DNA from: an uncultured Winogradskyella sp.
GTDB lineage: Bacteria > Bacteroidota > Bacteroidia > Flavobacteriales > Flavobacteriaceae
Direction: 5' to 3'
Assembly (NCBI RefSeq): GCF_947498345.1
Contig: NZ_CANMJY010000005.1
Location: forward strand, 225,168-289,167
Length of the DNA stretch: 64,000 nt
A program made the position numbers and the translations under genes. Of the stretch, positions 8,843-17,392 are shown piece after piece. Position 1 is the stretch's first letter. Each line of letters opens with the position of its first letter. Below the pieces are notes generated by a model. That model saw nothing but the letters and a program-made list of their open reading frames with translations, was not told where the DNA came from and ran no database searches.

Positions 8843-11019
8843 ACTACTTCAGTTTTTAATCTTCTCATCATATTATAATGACTTTCATGTCCCATTTTAT
8901 TAAAAATGTCTTTAAACACTTTTAGATACTTTTCTATACTTTCTGGTTCCACAAACACAACCAAATCATCATTAATAAAATGCGAGCCATCATTTATCCA
9001 TGAAACCAAAGATTTACAAATTATTTGCTCTTCTCCTTCAAATTTACTTATAGCGTCCTCATAATCTAATCCACCAAGAATGTTGAAATAATATTCTAGA
9101 ATTCTTCGTAGTGTATTGAAAATTGTTGCTGTATTAATGTTTTCTAAATCATCTAATTCTCTCCATAATAATTCATATGTTGTTTGAATTGGGTTTTCTG
9201 GATGTTTAATTATTTTGGTTTGATTGTCTAACTTTCGAACTATCCAAAAAGACACCTTGTTTGAATGACTATGTCTACTTCCTAAAAATGTTACTTCCTT
9301 ATAGAAATATACATTATGTGTTAGAATAAAAATCTGCTTAACTCCATGTTTGCCTTTCTTTACATCTTCAACTACTTCTTTAATTAAGTTGCTTACAACA
9401 AACAATATATTACTATCAAGACTTGAAATTGGGTCATCAATTACAACTACTTTATTTGTTGCAATTCCTGTTTCAGATTTGCTTCCTTTTAAAAGATGAT
9501 AGAAATATAAAAAAGTAATAAATGTATACTCTCCTTCACTTAACGATTCGTTGACCTCAGTTCCGTCTTCCCTTACAATTTTATAAAACCCTTTAGTTTC
9601 TGATTCGTCAAGCTCAAAATTTGTAAAACCAAAAAGAGTTAGAATTTTATTTATTTCATTGACTGTTGGAAGAACACTTGTAATTTCAGACTCTTTTAAA
9701 TTCACTTGCTTCTGTAGTTCGAACCTTTTGTCAATTTTTTCTTTTTTTGACTTATTCATTCCATCTTTAGCCTTTTCTACATCATCTTTAGTCTTTGAGT
9801 AAGTTTTTAAATCTAACTTCAATTCATTTAATACAAATTGCCATATTTCGGATTTTAAATCATCTTTTTCTTTGGTAATATTTTTTACAGTCTTATTATT
9901 TGTTTCAATTTCCTCTCTAAACTTTTTAATAATGTTTGAAACATTTTTTAAAACGGGTTCTAAAGATTTTAATTCTATTTCAATACTTGGTGTTTTTTGT
10001 TTTGATTGAAGTATAATAACATTTGACTTAAACTGTTCTTCTAAAAGCTCTATTTTATTTTTTAAATCATCAAATTCAAGAATAGTTATATCTTCTGTTA
10101 ATATGGATTTGGCGTTGGTTATTAGTTCATTAACATACCTTTTATATTCTTGTATAAAATCATTTAGTTCTAGCTTATTATTCTCGTAAGTTTCATCAAA
10201 AAATGATTCGATTTCGTTTTTTAAAGTTTCACTAACTTCTTGTTGACAAAAAGGGCATTGATTTTTCGTGACTTTTAAGTAATCCACTCCATCTTTAATC
10301 CAATCACTATTATCAAGTTTTTTAATTAACTTCCCAATTTCGACATCTTCTTTTCCAATAATTTTTGTTGAAAGAATTCTGGAATTTTCTTTAATAGGTA
10401 GTTCAGAATATTCAAACTGATTGATTTGATTAAATGACTTCAAATTATCATTAAAAACTTTTTTGCATTTATCTTTAATATCATCTCCATTTAATAAAAC
10501 AGAAGTATTGCTAATTTCATTAATACACTTATTGAAAAAGGCTTCTCCACTTCCCATAAACCCTTGGTATGCAGGTTTGAAAAACTCTTCATATTTAAGC
10601 TTAATTTGCCATGCTTTGTTAATGGTTTCTCTTTTCTTTTTATCAAAAATTGACTCTTGCTTTTCAATAGCTTCTTTTAATCCATCAATACTTTTAGTTA
10701 AATTATCTATTTCAATATTAGATTCTTTAATAAAAGTTTGTGCATCTGTCTCATCCTTTCCTAAAGTAAAAATCCCTTCAATTGCATTACTTTGGTTAAA
10801 GCTTGAGTTAACGAAATTCTTATTGTAAACCAAAGTTTCAATTGTGCTTGATTCCCAATCTAATGAACAATCTGCATAAGAACTACAATCATCTATTACA
10901 TTGCCTAATGAGGTTTTACCTGTTCCATTACTTCCATAAAAATAGTTTACTTCAGATGGTTCAATTTGAACCATGTCCTTGTAAGAAGCAGTTTTATGTA
11001 TTTTAAGTTTATTAATCAT
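8839..11019 (-). CDS. AAA_13 family ABC-type ATPase, RloC-like (zinc hook + C-terminal HEPN-like region)
   Basis: Walker A GSNGTGKT, coiled coil with CPFC zinc hook, signature LSEGE, Walker B VIDDPISSLD, H-loop LTHN, C-terminal NTLRRILEYYF...WINDGSH. Confidence 0.82.
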   Translation of the reverse strand: MINKLKIHKTASYKDMVQIEPSEVNYFYGSNGTGKTSLGNVIDDCSSYADCSLDWESSTIETLVYNKNFVNSSFNQSNAIEGIFTLGKDETDAQTFIKESNIEIDNLTKSIDGLKEAIEKQESIFDKKKRETINKAWQIKLKYEEFFKPAYQGFMGSGEAFFNKCINEISNTSVLLNGDDIKDKCKKVFNDNLKSFNQINQFEYSELPIKENSRILSTKIIGKEDVEIGKLIKKLDNSDWIKDGVDYLKVTKNQCPFCQQEVSETLKNEIESFFDETYENNKLELNDFIQEYKRYVNELITNAKSILTEDITILEFDDLKNKIELLEEQFKSNVIILQSKQKTPSIEIELKSLEPVLKNVSNIIKKFREEIETNNKTVKNITKEKDDLKSEIWQFVLNELKLDLKTYSKTKDDVEKAKDGMNKSKKEKIDKRFELQKQVNLKESEITSVLPTVNEINKILTLFGFTNFELDESETKGFYKIVREDGTEVNESLSEGEYTFITFLYFYHLLKGSKSETGIATNKVVVIDDPISSLDSNILFVVSNLIKEVVEDVKKGKHGVKQIFILTHNVYFYKEVTFLGSRHSHSNKVSFWIVRKLDNQTKIIKHPENPIQTTYELLWRELDDLENINTATIFNTLRRILEYYFNILGGLDYEDAISKFEGEEQIICKSLVSWINDGSHFINDDLVVFVEPESIEKYLKVFKDIFNKMGHESHYNMMRRLKTEVV

Positions 11020-11640
11020 ATTTGGTTATTATGAATAACAATAGACTATGTCGTATTAATTGACAATGCTATTATTTAATTAAAAAATGTTAATTAAGGG
11101 AGAGTTTAAATCTACAAAATATTGAAGGAATTATCGTGAAGGAAAACCGTAAATATTTGAATATTAGTCAATTTAAAGTCATTCCACACACATTACGCTT
11201 CCCTCCTACGTCGTCGCATAAAAAGTGTTCCATTAACATAGTAGAAGCAACTTTTGAGAAGAATTTTTTTTAAAAACCCGTAGTAACAACTTTCGCTTTT
11301 AACCAAAGCTCAAGTTACATAACGCGGTACATTATAGGACAAATATCATATTTCGATTATATTTTGTATTTACGTTCAATAAGCAATTTATAAATCTTTT
11401 GAAAGCATTGTTTTCACTGTACTTATGTGAAATTTGAATTGATGATTCATATTTTAAATTTACGCCCACAGTTTATACATTTGAATACTTCAAAATCAAT
11501 AAATCTAACCAGATTAATATAAATTAATTTGCTTTAAATTAAATACACTTTATATCTATCTGTATTAATTTATTTAAAACTAAATCCTAAAGTTATATAT
11601 TTGTTTTAACATATAGAATATAGCGTTAGCTATTTAATCT

Positions 11641-11771
11641 TGTTCGAAAAAACTGGTAATTTTTGAATGTGTACAAGATAAATGGACTGATGCTCACGTA
11701 ATGGCGTGGGCTGTGTTTATTTGTGCACGGGTATACCAGTACCTTTCGAACAGTAAGCTACAGTTCCACGC
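11641..11771 (+). other. Long structured intergenic element (nested hairpin with a mutually exclusive alternative stem)
   Basis: 11641-11658 pairs with 11734-11752; 11669-11682 with 11716-11728; 11692-11698 with 11705-11711. Alternative stem 11704-11714 with 11760-11771. Confidence 0.6.
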
Positions 11772-11825
11772 TTATTGTTTTAACTAACTTCATTTTGGAA
11801 CTGGATGATTATAATATTAAATATT

Positions 11826-12425
11826 ATGAGAAACCAAATTATCAAATTGATATTCTTATCAATTTTAACTACAACCTACTTTGGTTGTTCTTCTGATTCA
11901 GACTCAGATGATTGTGAAACTATTACTTGTCTAAATGGCGGTACTTTTGTGGATTGTGAATGTGAATGTCCGCAAGGATACACAGACAACAATTGCTCCA
12001 CTCAAGTAACACCTAACAAAGTAATCATTACCAAGGCTATTGTAAAAGTATTTCCTAATACTGACAACGGTGGTTTTTGGGATGCTGCTATTCCTAATGC
12101 AGAAGATGCATTACCTGATATCTATACCACTTTTCAGGATTCTAATTTAAATATAATTTATGATAGTCCTACATTTTATGAAAATGCAATTTCTGGAGAG
12201 GGCACTTTCTTTGAGTTTACATTAACACCTTCTCTTGAACTTACCGTTTTTGACAATCCATTTTTAGTAAATATCTGGGATTATGATACTACTAGTGAAG
12301 ATGACTTTATGACAAGTTTTGGCTTCTTTGCGTATACATCAAGCAACAACTTTCCTGATGTAATTACTGTGGTCAGTCAATCAGATGAAATATTGGTTGA
12401 TCTAGAAGTAACTTATGAATGGTGA
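11826..12425 (+). CDS. Lipoprotein with EGF-like Cys domain and C2-like domain
   Basis: Lipobox TYFGC followed by SSDSDSDD; CETITCLNGGTFVDCECECPQGYTDNNC (EGF-like); PDIY...VNIWDYDTTSEDDFM (C2-like). ATG 11826 preferred over 11805. Confidence 0.7.
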   Translation: MRNQIIKLIFLSILTTTYFGCSSDSDSDDCETITCLNGGTFVDCECECPQGYTDNNCSTQVTPNKVIITKAIVKVFPNTDNGGFWDAAIPNAEDALPDIYTTFQDSNLNIIYDSPTFYENAISGEGTFFEFTLTPSLELTVFDNPFLVNIWDYDTTSEDDFMTSFGFFAYTSSNNFPDVITVVSQSDEILVDLEVTYEW

Positions 12426-12439
12426 TATATAGGTATAAA

Positions 12440-12481
12440 ACATCTAGATAAAATCTTGGTTTTGTCTAGATGTCTTTTTTT
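12440..12481 (+). terminator. Rho-independent terminator
   Basis: acatctagataaaa / ttttgtctagatgt stem followed by a T run, after the lipoprotein stop. Confidence 0.65.
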
Positions 12482-12687
12482 CTAGAGTTTTGTTCATTTG
12501 GAGGCTTATTATATATTCTTTTTAATAAAATAAATGATGACAAACCTATTCCAAAAGCAATTAATATAGTGAGTAGAATTTGATTCTTGTTTTTTAATGA
12601 TTGGCTATCTATTTGGGCTAATCTCAAGTCTTCTGGAAAGTCCTGCTTGATATCGAGTTGGTAACAATTAATAATTTCCTCATTCAT
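12466..12687 (-). CDS. Small hypothetical membrane protein
   Basis: 73-aa ORF with one hydrophobic helix; in the island backbone gene run. Confidence 0.5.
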   Translation of the reverse strand: MNEEIINCYQLDIKQDFPEDLRLAQIDSQSLKNKNQILLTILIAFGIGLSSFILLKRIYNKPPNEQNSRKKDI

Positions 12688-12689
12688 GG

Positions 12690-13046
12690 CTATTGAGTCA
12701 ATTTTATTATTTTAAATATATTCTTCTCAACTAATGAATAGGCATAATCATATACACATATCCATTTAACACCTTCTCTGCTTATAATATGTGTATTACA
12801 ACCAAAATGCAAACCAGCACCTTCCAAGAAATCGTGTGATTTAACAATCTCTTCATTAGGCCCCAAAATAGTTTTCAAAACCTTTCTGTTTTTGTCCAAA
12901 ATCTTTTCTATTCCTGATTTTGCCTTCCGCTTTTTATATGCTTTCAAATTATTATACTTTATTTGGTTGGCTCTGTTTGCGAAAACTTGATTGCTTCTCC
13001 TTTTTATAAATACCTCGCCAGTAAGTGGATCCATTCCCTTTTCCAT
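12690..13046 (-). CDS. Hypothetical protein (Bacteroidota basic protein)
   Basis: 118-aa ORF, co-directional and tightly spaced with the HTH gene. Confidence 0.6.
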   Translation of the reverse strand: MEKGMDPLTGEVFIKRRSNQVFANRANQIKYNNLKAYKKRKAKSGIEKILDKNRKVLKTILGPNEEIVKSHDFLEGAGLHFGCNTHIISREGVKWICVYDYAYSLVEKNIFKIIKLTQ

Positions 13047-13090
13047 AAAATTTAATTATTATTTTGATTTTGAAGATAAGTATTGGCTTC

Positions 13091-13402
13091 CTAATCAATG
13101 ACACTTGGCTTTCCATCTTTTAACCAATTGATAATATCTTTTCTAGAAAATGTTAATGGTCGCCTTTTAGAAATAACTGGTATTTCAAAGCGGCAAACTT
13201 TCGAATAGATAGTAGAATTTTTATAACCAGTTAACTCTTTTACTTCATTTATAAAAATGATGTCGCTATTAGAAATGCTAGTACCATTTTTATTCTGATA
13301 ACTATTAATTATTCTTTCTGCCTCTCTAGTGAAAGCTTCTTTACTAAGGTCTATATATTCTCCAACCGTTAGAGAATAAAGGGGTTTTGATAAATCACTC
13401 AT
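13091..13402 (-). CDS. Helix-turn-helix DNA-binding protein, excisionase/AlpA-like (HTH_17)
   Basis: INEVKELTGYKNSTIYSKVCRFEIP...LTFSRKDIINWL; typical position after the integrase in Bacteroidota islands. Confidence 0.8.
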   Translation of the reverse strand: MSDLSKPLYSLTVGEYIDLSKEAFTREAERIINSYQNKNGTSISNSDIIFINEVKELTGYKNSTIYSKVCRFEIPVISKRRPLTFSRKDIINWLKDGKPSVID

Positions 13403-13507
13403 TTTTATATTGTTTTTAATTAATAATGAGCATTGCGCAATGCATTTAATGAAATTTCAACCCCCAAATAATGAAGAAATACTGGTTAAGACAACAATGA
13501 TTCGTTA

Positions 13508-13606
13508 AGTGTCGAGTGAGTGTCGAGTGCAAATATTAGATAGTATAAAGCGGGTCTTTATTCTTAATCAACTTCTAATAAAATATTTTTCGCTAAGTGT
13601 CGAGTG
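13508..13606. repeat. Three copies of the 11-bp direct repeat AGTGTCGAGTG
   Basis: Exact copies at 13508-13518, 13519-13529 and 13596-13606. Confidence 0.9.
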
Positions 13607-14569
13607 CTAAATTTTTGCAAGTATAGATTCTAGCAATTTTTTTCGTGCTTCATCATCACCACTAGATTTACGAAGAACATCTTTGCCAAATTCCTGATTT
13701 TCTTTATTAAGGAAACACATATTTGCTACAATCCATTTATCATGTTTATGATATTCAATTTTATTTGAACTCTCAGACAAATAATCCATAAACCACTTTA
13801 AGTCTTTATTGGTTCCAGTCCATACAATTCTTTTATTTTTTGGAATGATATTCCCTTCAAAAATTCTTATGAAATCCGTAAACAAAGTGTCTTCATGAAT
13901 AAAGTTATTGACCTTTAAATGCCTTAATACATTACTCAAAACATGACTATTCTTTTGGAGATAGTCTGGGTTCGTGTTAAGTTCTCTTAACCTTAGAGAG
14001 CTATATTTACCTTTTAATTTTCGATTTAAGCTATTTTTATTTTTAATCCAGCCATCAATGGTTTCGGTAATTCTATCATTAAAAATTGTATCACTGAATT
14101 GCTTCAATTCTAATTTTATGAAATCAATGAACCTAACTAAATCTTTATTAAATGTTCTTTCCAGTTGGTACTCTAAAAAAATCTTTAATTCTATGAGTTT
14201 AGAATCATATTGCCGTAGTTTTAAAGCAAACCAAAGATCAAAGCCTGAAGTTTCTCGCTTGATGATAATATCCTGATCGAACTGGTAGCATGATTCTTTA
14301 TTGAAGAAATAATTTGTTTCAAATCTCCCTTTGAGAGTATTGGAATTTTTTTTATAGTCCTTTAAATTCCTTTCGTAATAGAGTCGAGAATCTTTATTAT
14401 CTAAATCAGCAATAAAGCTTACTTTTCCTTCCTTGATTATAAGTTCTTCGGCTTTATCAATGACTTTTTTGGCTAAATCATTTGAGGATTTATCACTTAT
14501 ATATTGATCATGCTCATATAGCCAAATATCACCAAGATTAATGTCATAATAACTATAATTGACATCCAT
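13607..14569 (-). CDS. Hypothetical protein, island backbone
   Basis: 320-aa ORF starting 2 bp after the integrase stop; no recognisable motif. Confidence 0.65.
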   Translation of the reverse strand: MDVNYSYYDINLGDIWLYEHDQYISDKSSNDLAKKVIDKAEELIIKEGKVSFIADLDNKDSRLYYERNLKDYKKNSNTLKGRFETNYFFNKESCYQFDQDIIIKRETSGFDLWFALKLRQYDSKLIELKIFLEYQLERTFNKDLVRFIDFIKLELKQFSDTIFNDRITETIDGWIKNKNSLNRKLKGKYSSLRLRELNTNPDYLQKNSHVLSNVLRHLKVNNFIHEDTLFTDFIRIFEGNIIPKNKRIVWTGTNKDLKWFMDYLSESSNKIEYHKHDKWIVANMCFLNKENQEFGKDVLRKSSGDDEARKKLLESILAKI

Positions 14570-14571
14570 AA

Positions 14572-15690
14572 TTATAAATTAATATCAGGTATAGCATTAG
14601 CTGCATCTACCTTCTTCTGATTAATAATTTGAGCATAAACTTGTGTAGTTTTTAACTCTTTATGTCCAAGTAACTTCGATACGGTATAAATATCAGTACC
14701 AAAGGTAAGTTGCAAAGTTGCATACGTGTGTCTTGCACAATGAAACGTAATGGTTTTACTAATCCCTGCTTTCATAACCCATTGCTGTAACTTCAAGTTG
14801 TTCCAAGCACTATATCTCAAGCCTTTAAATACGCGCTCCTCATCTCCTTCTCTATCTTCGAGTAGCTTAAAAGCTTGCTCAGGAATTGGATGTGTTTGAT
14901 AACCACTAGTTTTCTTCTGCTTAAATCGAATGTAATAACCCTGTTCCTCTGAAAACTGTACTTCTTTCCAAACCATTTTTTGTATATCCGACCATCTTAA
15001 GCCGGTTAAAGCACTAAATATAAATGCTTGTTTAAGAATTGGGATTTCACAATCTGTTTTGGATACCTTTTTCAATTCATCCATCGTTAAAAACTCTCTT
15101 TCAGATTCTCCTTGCTTAAATCCCTTGACATCTAAAGCTGGGTTATATTTGATAACACCTTCTTTAACTGCTTCTCTTAAGCATGCTTTCACCTTATTAA
15201 AGTAAGAATAACAAGAGTTTTGAGATAAAGACTGATTACTTTTTGTTTTCGCCGTATGCTTTAAATAATATTTAAAATTCTCCAACCACTTAATATCGAT
15301 ATCCTTAAAAAGAACGACATCACCATTGAATTTAATTAAATGCTTTAATACACTATCCCAGTTCCCATAATTTCCAGTAGATTGGTTATAGCGCTCTTCC
15401 GTTTTCTCGGAAAAATACGTGATGAAGTTTTTATTCAAATTTTCATTGGTCGAATTAGAAAACCCATGCTCTTCATGCTGGATCTCTAAAAACTTTTTTG
15501 AACGAATGCTCTCTGCTAACAATAAAGCCTTTTTGTTATGAGCCCTTTCTTTTGAAGTTTTTGGTGTTGAGTAAATATAAAGGTTCAGCGATTCCTTTTT
15601 ACGTTTTTGATTAGCCTTCGGCAGATAATAATCTAGAAATAAGCTTTCTTGACCATCTTTCTTTTTTCGTTTTCTAATTGATACATTCAT
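14572..15690 (-). CDS. Site-specific tyrosine integrase (arm-binding N-terminus, SAM-like domain, catalytic domain)
   Basis: N-terminal MNVSIRKRK...SLFLDYY; catalytic TGLRWSD, FHCARH, LLGH, TTQVY. Confidence 0.95.
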   Translation of the reverse strand: MNVSIRKRKKKDGQESLFLDYYLPKANQKRKKESLNLYIYSTPKTSKERAHNKKALLLAESIRSKKFLEIQHEEHGFSNSTNENLNKNFITYFSEKTEERYNQSTGNYGNWDSVLKHLIKFNGDVVLFKDIDIKWLENFKYYLKHTAKTKSNQSLSQNSCYSYFNKVKACLREAVKEGVIKYNPALDVKGFKQGESEREFLTMDELKKVSKTDCEIPILKQAFIFSALTGLRWSDIQKMVWKEVQFSEEQGYYIRFKQKKTSGYQTHPIPEQAFKLLEDREGDEERVFKGLRYSAWNNLKLQQWVMKAGISKTITFHCARHTYATLQLTFGTDIYTVSKLLGHKELKTTQVYAQIINQKKVDAANAIPDINL

Positions 15691-15699
15691 GTGACAAAA

Positions 15700-15719
15700 T
15701 TTTGTACCGTTTTGTACCG
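15700..15719. repeat. Tandem 10-bp repeat TTTTGTACCG x2, candidate integrase arm-type site
   Basis: Exact tandem at 15700-15709 and 15710-15719, between att and the integrase start. Confidence 0.6.
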
Positions 15720-15857
15720 CGATTTAAAAAAAGTACAAATACGAGACAAAAATAGCTAAAAAAAGACAAACAAGCAAAAACTGTATTTTCAAATATAAAT
15801 TTATATAATTGATTATCAGGTATTTATATTGATATAGTTTGATACAGTTTGCGTTAG

Positions 15858-17246
15858 TTACTTTCCTATACAGAAATTAGCAAAAATATTACCCAATAAA
15901 TCATCATTAGTGATCTCACCAGTAATCTCGCCAAAATGGTATAATGCTTGCCGAATGTCTATAGCCAATAAATCACCTGATAATCCAGTTTCCAAGCCAT
16001 GCCTAACTTTTTGGATTTCCTCAGAGGCTTTTAACAATGCATCATAATGACGAGAGTTGGTTACAATGGTTTCATTATTGCGAAGTGCACCTGTATTAAT
16101 AAGATTTAGAAGTGAATTGGTAAGTTGTTCTACACCAAAACCTGTCTTAGCAGATAGAAAAAGTACATCAACTATAATTTTATTGATATTGGCTAACTGT
16201 ATATCTTCAAGTGTATCTATCTTATTAGCGATGACTAATAAAGGTTTTTGTGGGTATTTATTTCTTATTTTTTCAATCTCAATTCTAACAGCTTCAAGGT
16301 TATCAATATTCTTTTGGGCATCAAACAAATAAATGGTAACCTGGGATTGTTCTATCTTTTCAAAAGTCTTCTTAATACCAATACTTTCCACAACATCTTT
16401 GGTATCTCTAATCCCAGCGGTATCAATAAAACGGAAACCTATACCTCCAATTGAGATTTCATCTTCAATAGTATCTCTTGTGGTTCCTGCAATTTCAGAG
16501 ACTATGGCTCTATCTTCATTTAATAAAGCGTTCAGCAGTGTTGATTTACCTACATTCGGCTCACCAACAATTGCAACTGGAATACCATTTTTAATCACAT
16601 TACCAACAGCAAATGAATCTATAAGGCGTTTCAATACAAAATTAATACGCTCAATTAACGCTTTAAATTGTGTCCTATCAGCAAATTCCACATCCTCCTC
16701 AGCAAAATCGAGTTCTAATTCAATCAAGGATGCAAAATTTAACAACTCTTCTCGTAGCTTCGCTATTTCGGAAGAGAAACCTCCACGCATCTGTTGCATT
16801 GCAATTTGGTGAGACGCTTCGTTATCACTGGATATTAAATCGGCAACGGCTTCAGCTTGACTTAAATCTAATTTTCCATTTAAAAATGCCCTTAAGGTAA
16901 ACTCACCAGCATTGGCCATTCTACAGCCGTTTCTCAAAAACAATTGAATAATTTCTTGTTGTATATAAGACGAGCCATGACAAGAGATTTCAACTACATT
17001 TTCACCAGTGTAAGAATTTGGATTTTTAAAAATCGATACTAAAACCTCATCTAATGTTTTCTCTTTATCAACAATATGACCTAAATGAATGGTATGTGTT
17101 TTCTGATCAGAAAGTGATTTATGATTTTTAACAGACCTAAACTGCTTATCTGCAATAGTAATAGCCGCTTTACCAGATAATCGTATAACAGCAATTGCTC
17201 CACTACCAGATGGAGTCGCTAAAGCTACTATAGTATCGTTCTGCAT
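15858..17246 (-). CDS. mnmE: tRNA modification GTPase MnmE/TrmE
   Basis: DTIVALATP, GEPNVGKS, GTTRD, DTAG, C-terminal IFANFCIGK. Confidence 0.98.
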   Translation of the reverse strand: MQNDTIVALATPSGSGAIAVIRLSGKAAITIADKQFRSVKNHKSLSDQKTHTIHLGHIVDKEKTLDEVLVSIFKNPNSYTGENVVEISCHGSSYIQQEIIQLFLRNGCRMANAGEFTLRAFLNGKLDLSQAEAVADLISSDNEASHQIAMQQMRGGFSSEIAKLREELLNFASLIELELDFAEEDVEFADRTQFKALIERINFVLKRLIDSFAVGNVIKNGIPVAIVGEPNVGKSTLLNALLNEDRAIVSEIAGTTRDTIEDEISIGGIGFRFIDTAGIRDTKDVVESIGIKKTFEKIEQSQVTIYLFDAQKNIDNLEAVRIEIEKIRNKYPQKPLLVIANKIDTLEDIQLANINKIIVDVLFLSAKTGFGVEQLTNSLLNLINTGALRNNETIVTNSRHYDALLKASEEIQKVRHGLETGLSGDLLAIDIRQALYHFGEITGEITNDDLLGNIFANFCIGK

Positions 17247-17263
17247 AATTTTATTCTTTAGTA

Positions 17264-17271
17264 CAAAAGTA
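17264..17271 (-). promoter_or_regulatory. -7 promoter element TACTTTTG for mnmE
   Basis: TAnnTTTG match 18 bp upstream of the start. Confidence 0.6.
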
Positions 17272-17357
17272 TCTTAAAATATGAGATTGTTAAAGGTAAT
17301 ATGCTCTATTTAAGATTTAATTCACAACCAATACACTATATTATTGCGCTTAGTTTT

Positions 17358-17365
17358 TATATTTG
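17358..17365 (+). promoter_or_regulatory. -7 promoter element TATATTTG
   Basis: TAnnTTTG match upstream of 17393. Confidence 0.6.
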
Positions 17366-17392
17366 TAAAGCAAAATTTGAAAAAAAACAAAC

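Larger units (their letters stand above)
3781..15878. mobile_element. Integrative genomic island inserted at the 3' end of mnmE (trmE)
   Basis: Integrase immediately downstream of mnmE, HTH excisionase-like gene, defence-like cargo, and a 20-bp direct repeat (16/20) of the mnmE 3' end at 3781-3800. Confidence 0.8.

Noticed and set aside
11440-11530. Minus-strand fragment ...FKCINCGRKFKI* with a CxxC motif
   Set aside because: Only about 28 codons with no start codon; may be a Zn-ribbon gene relic but cannot be supported.
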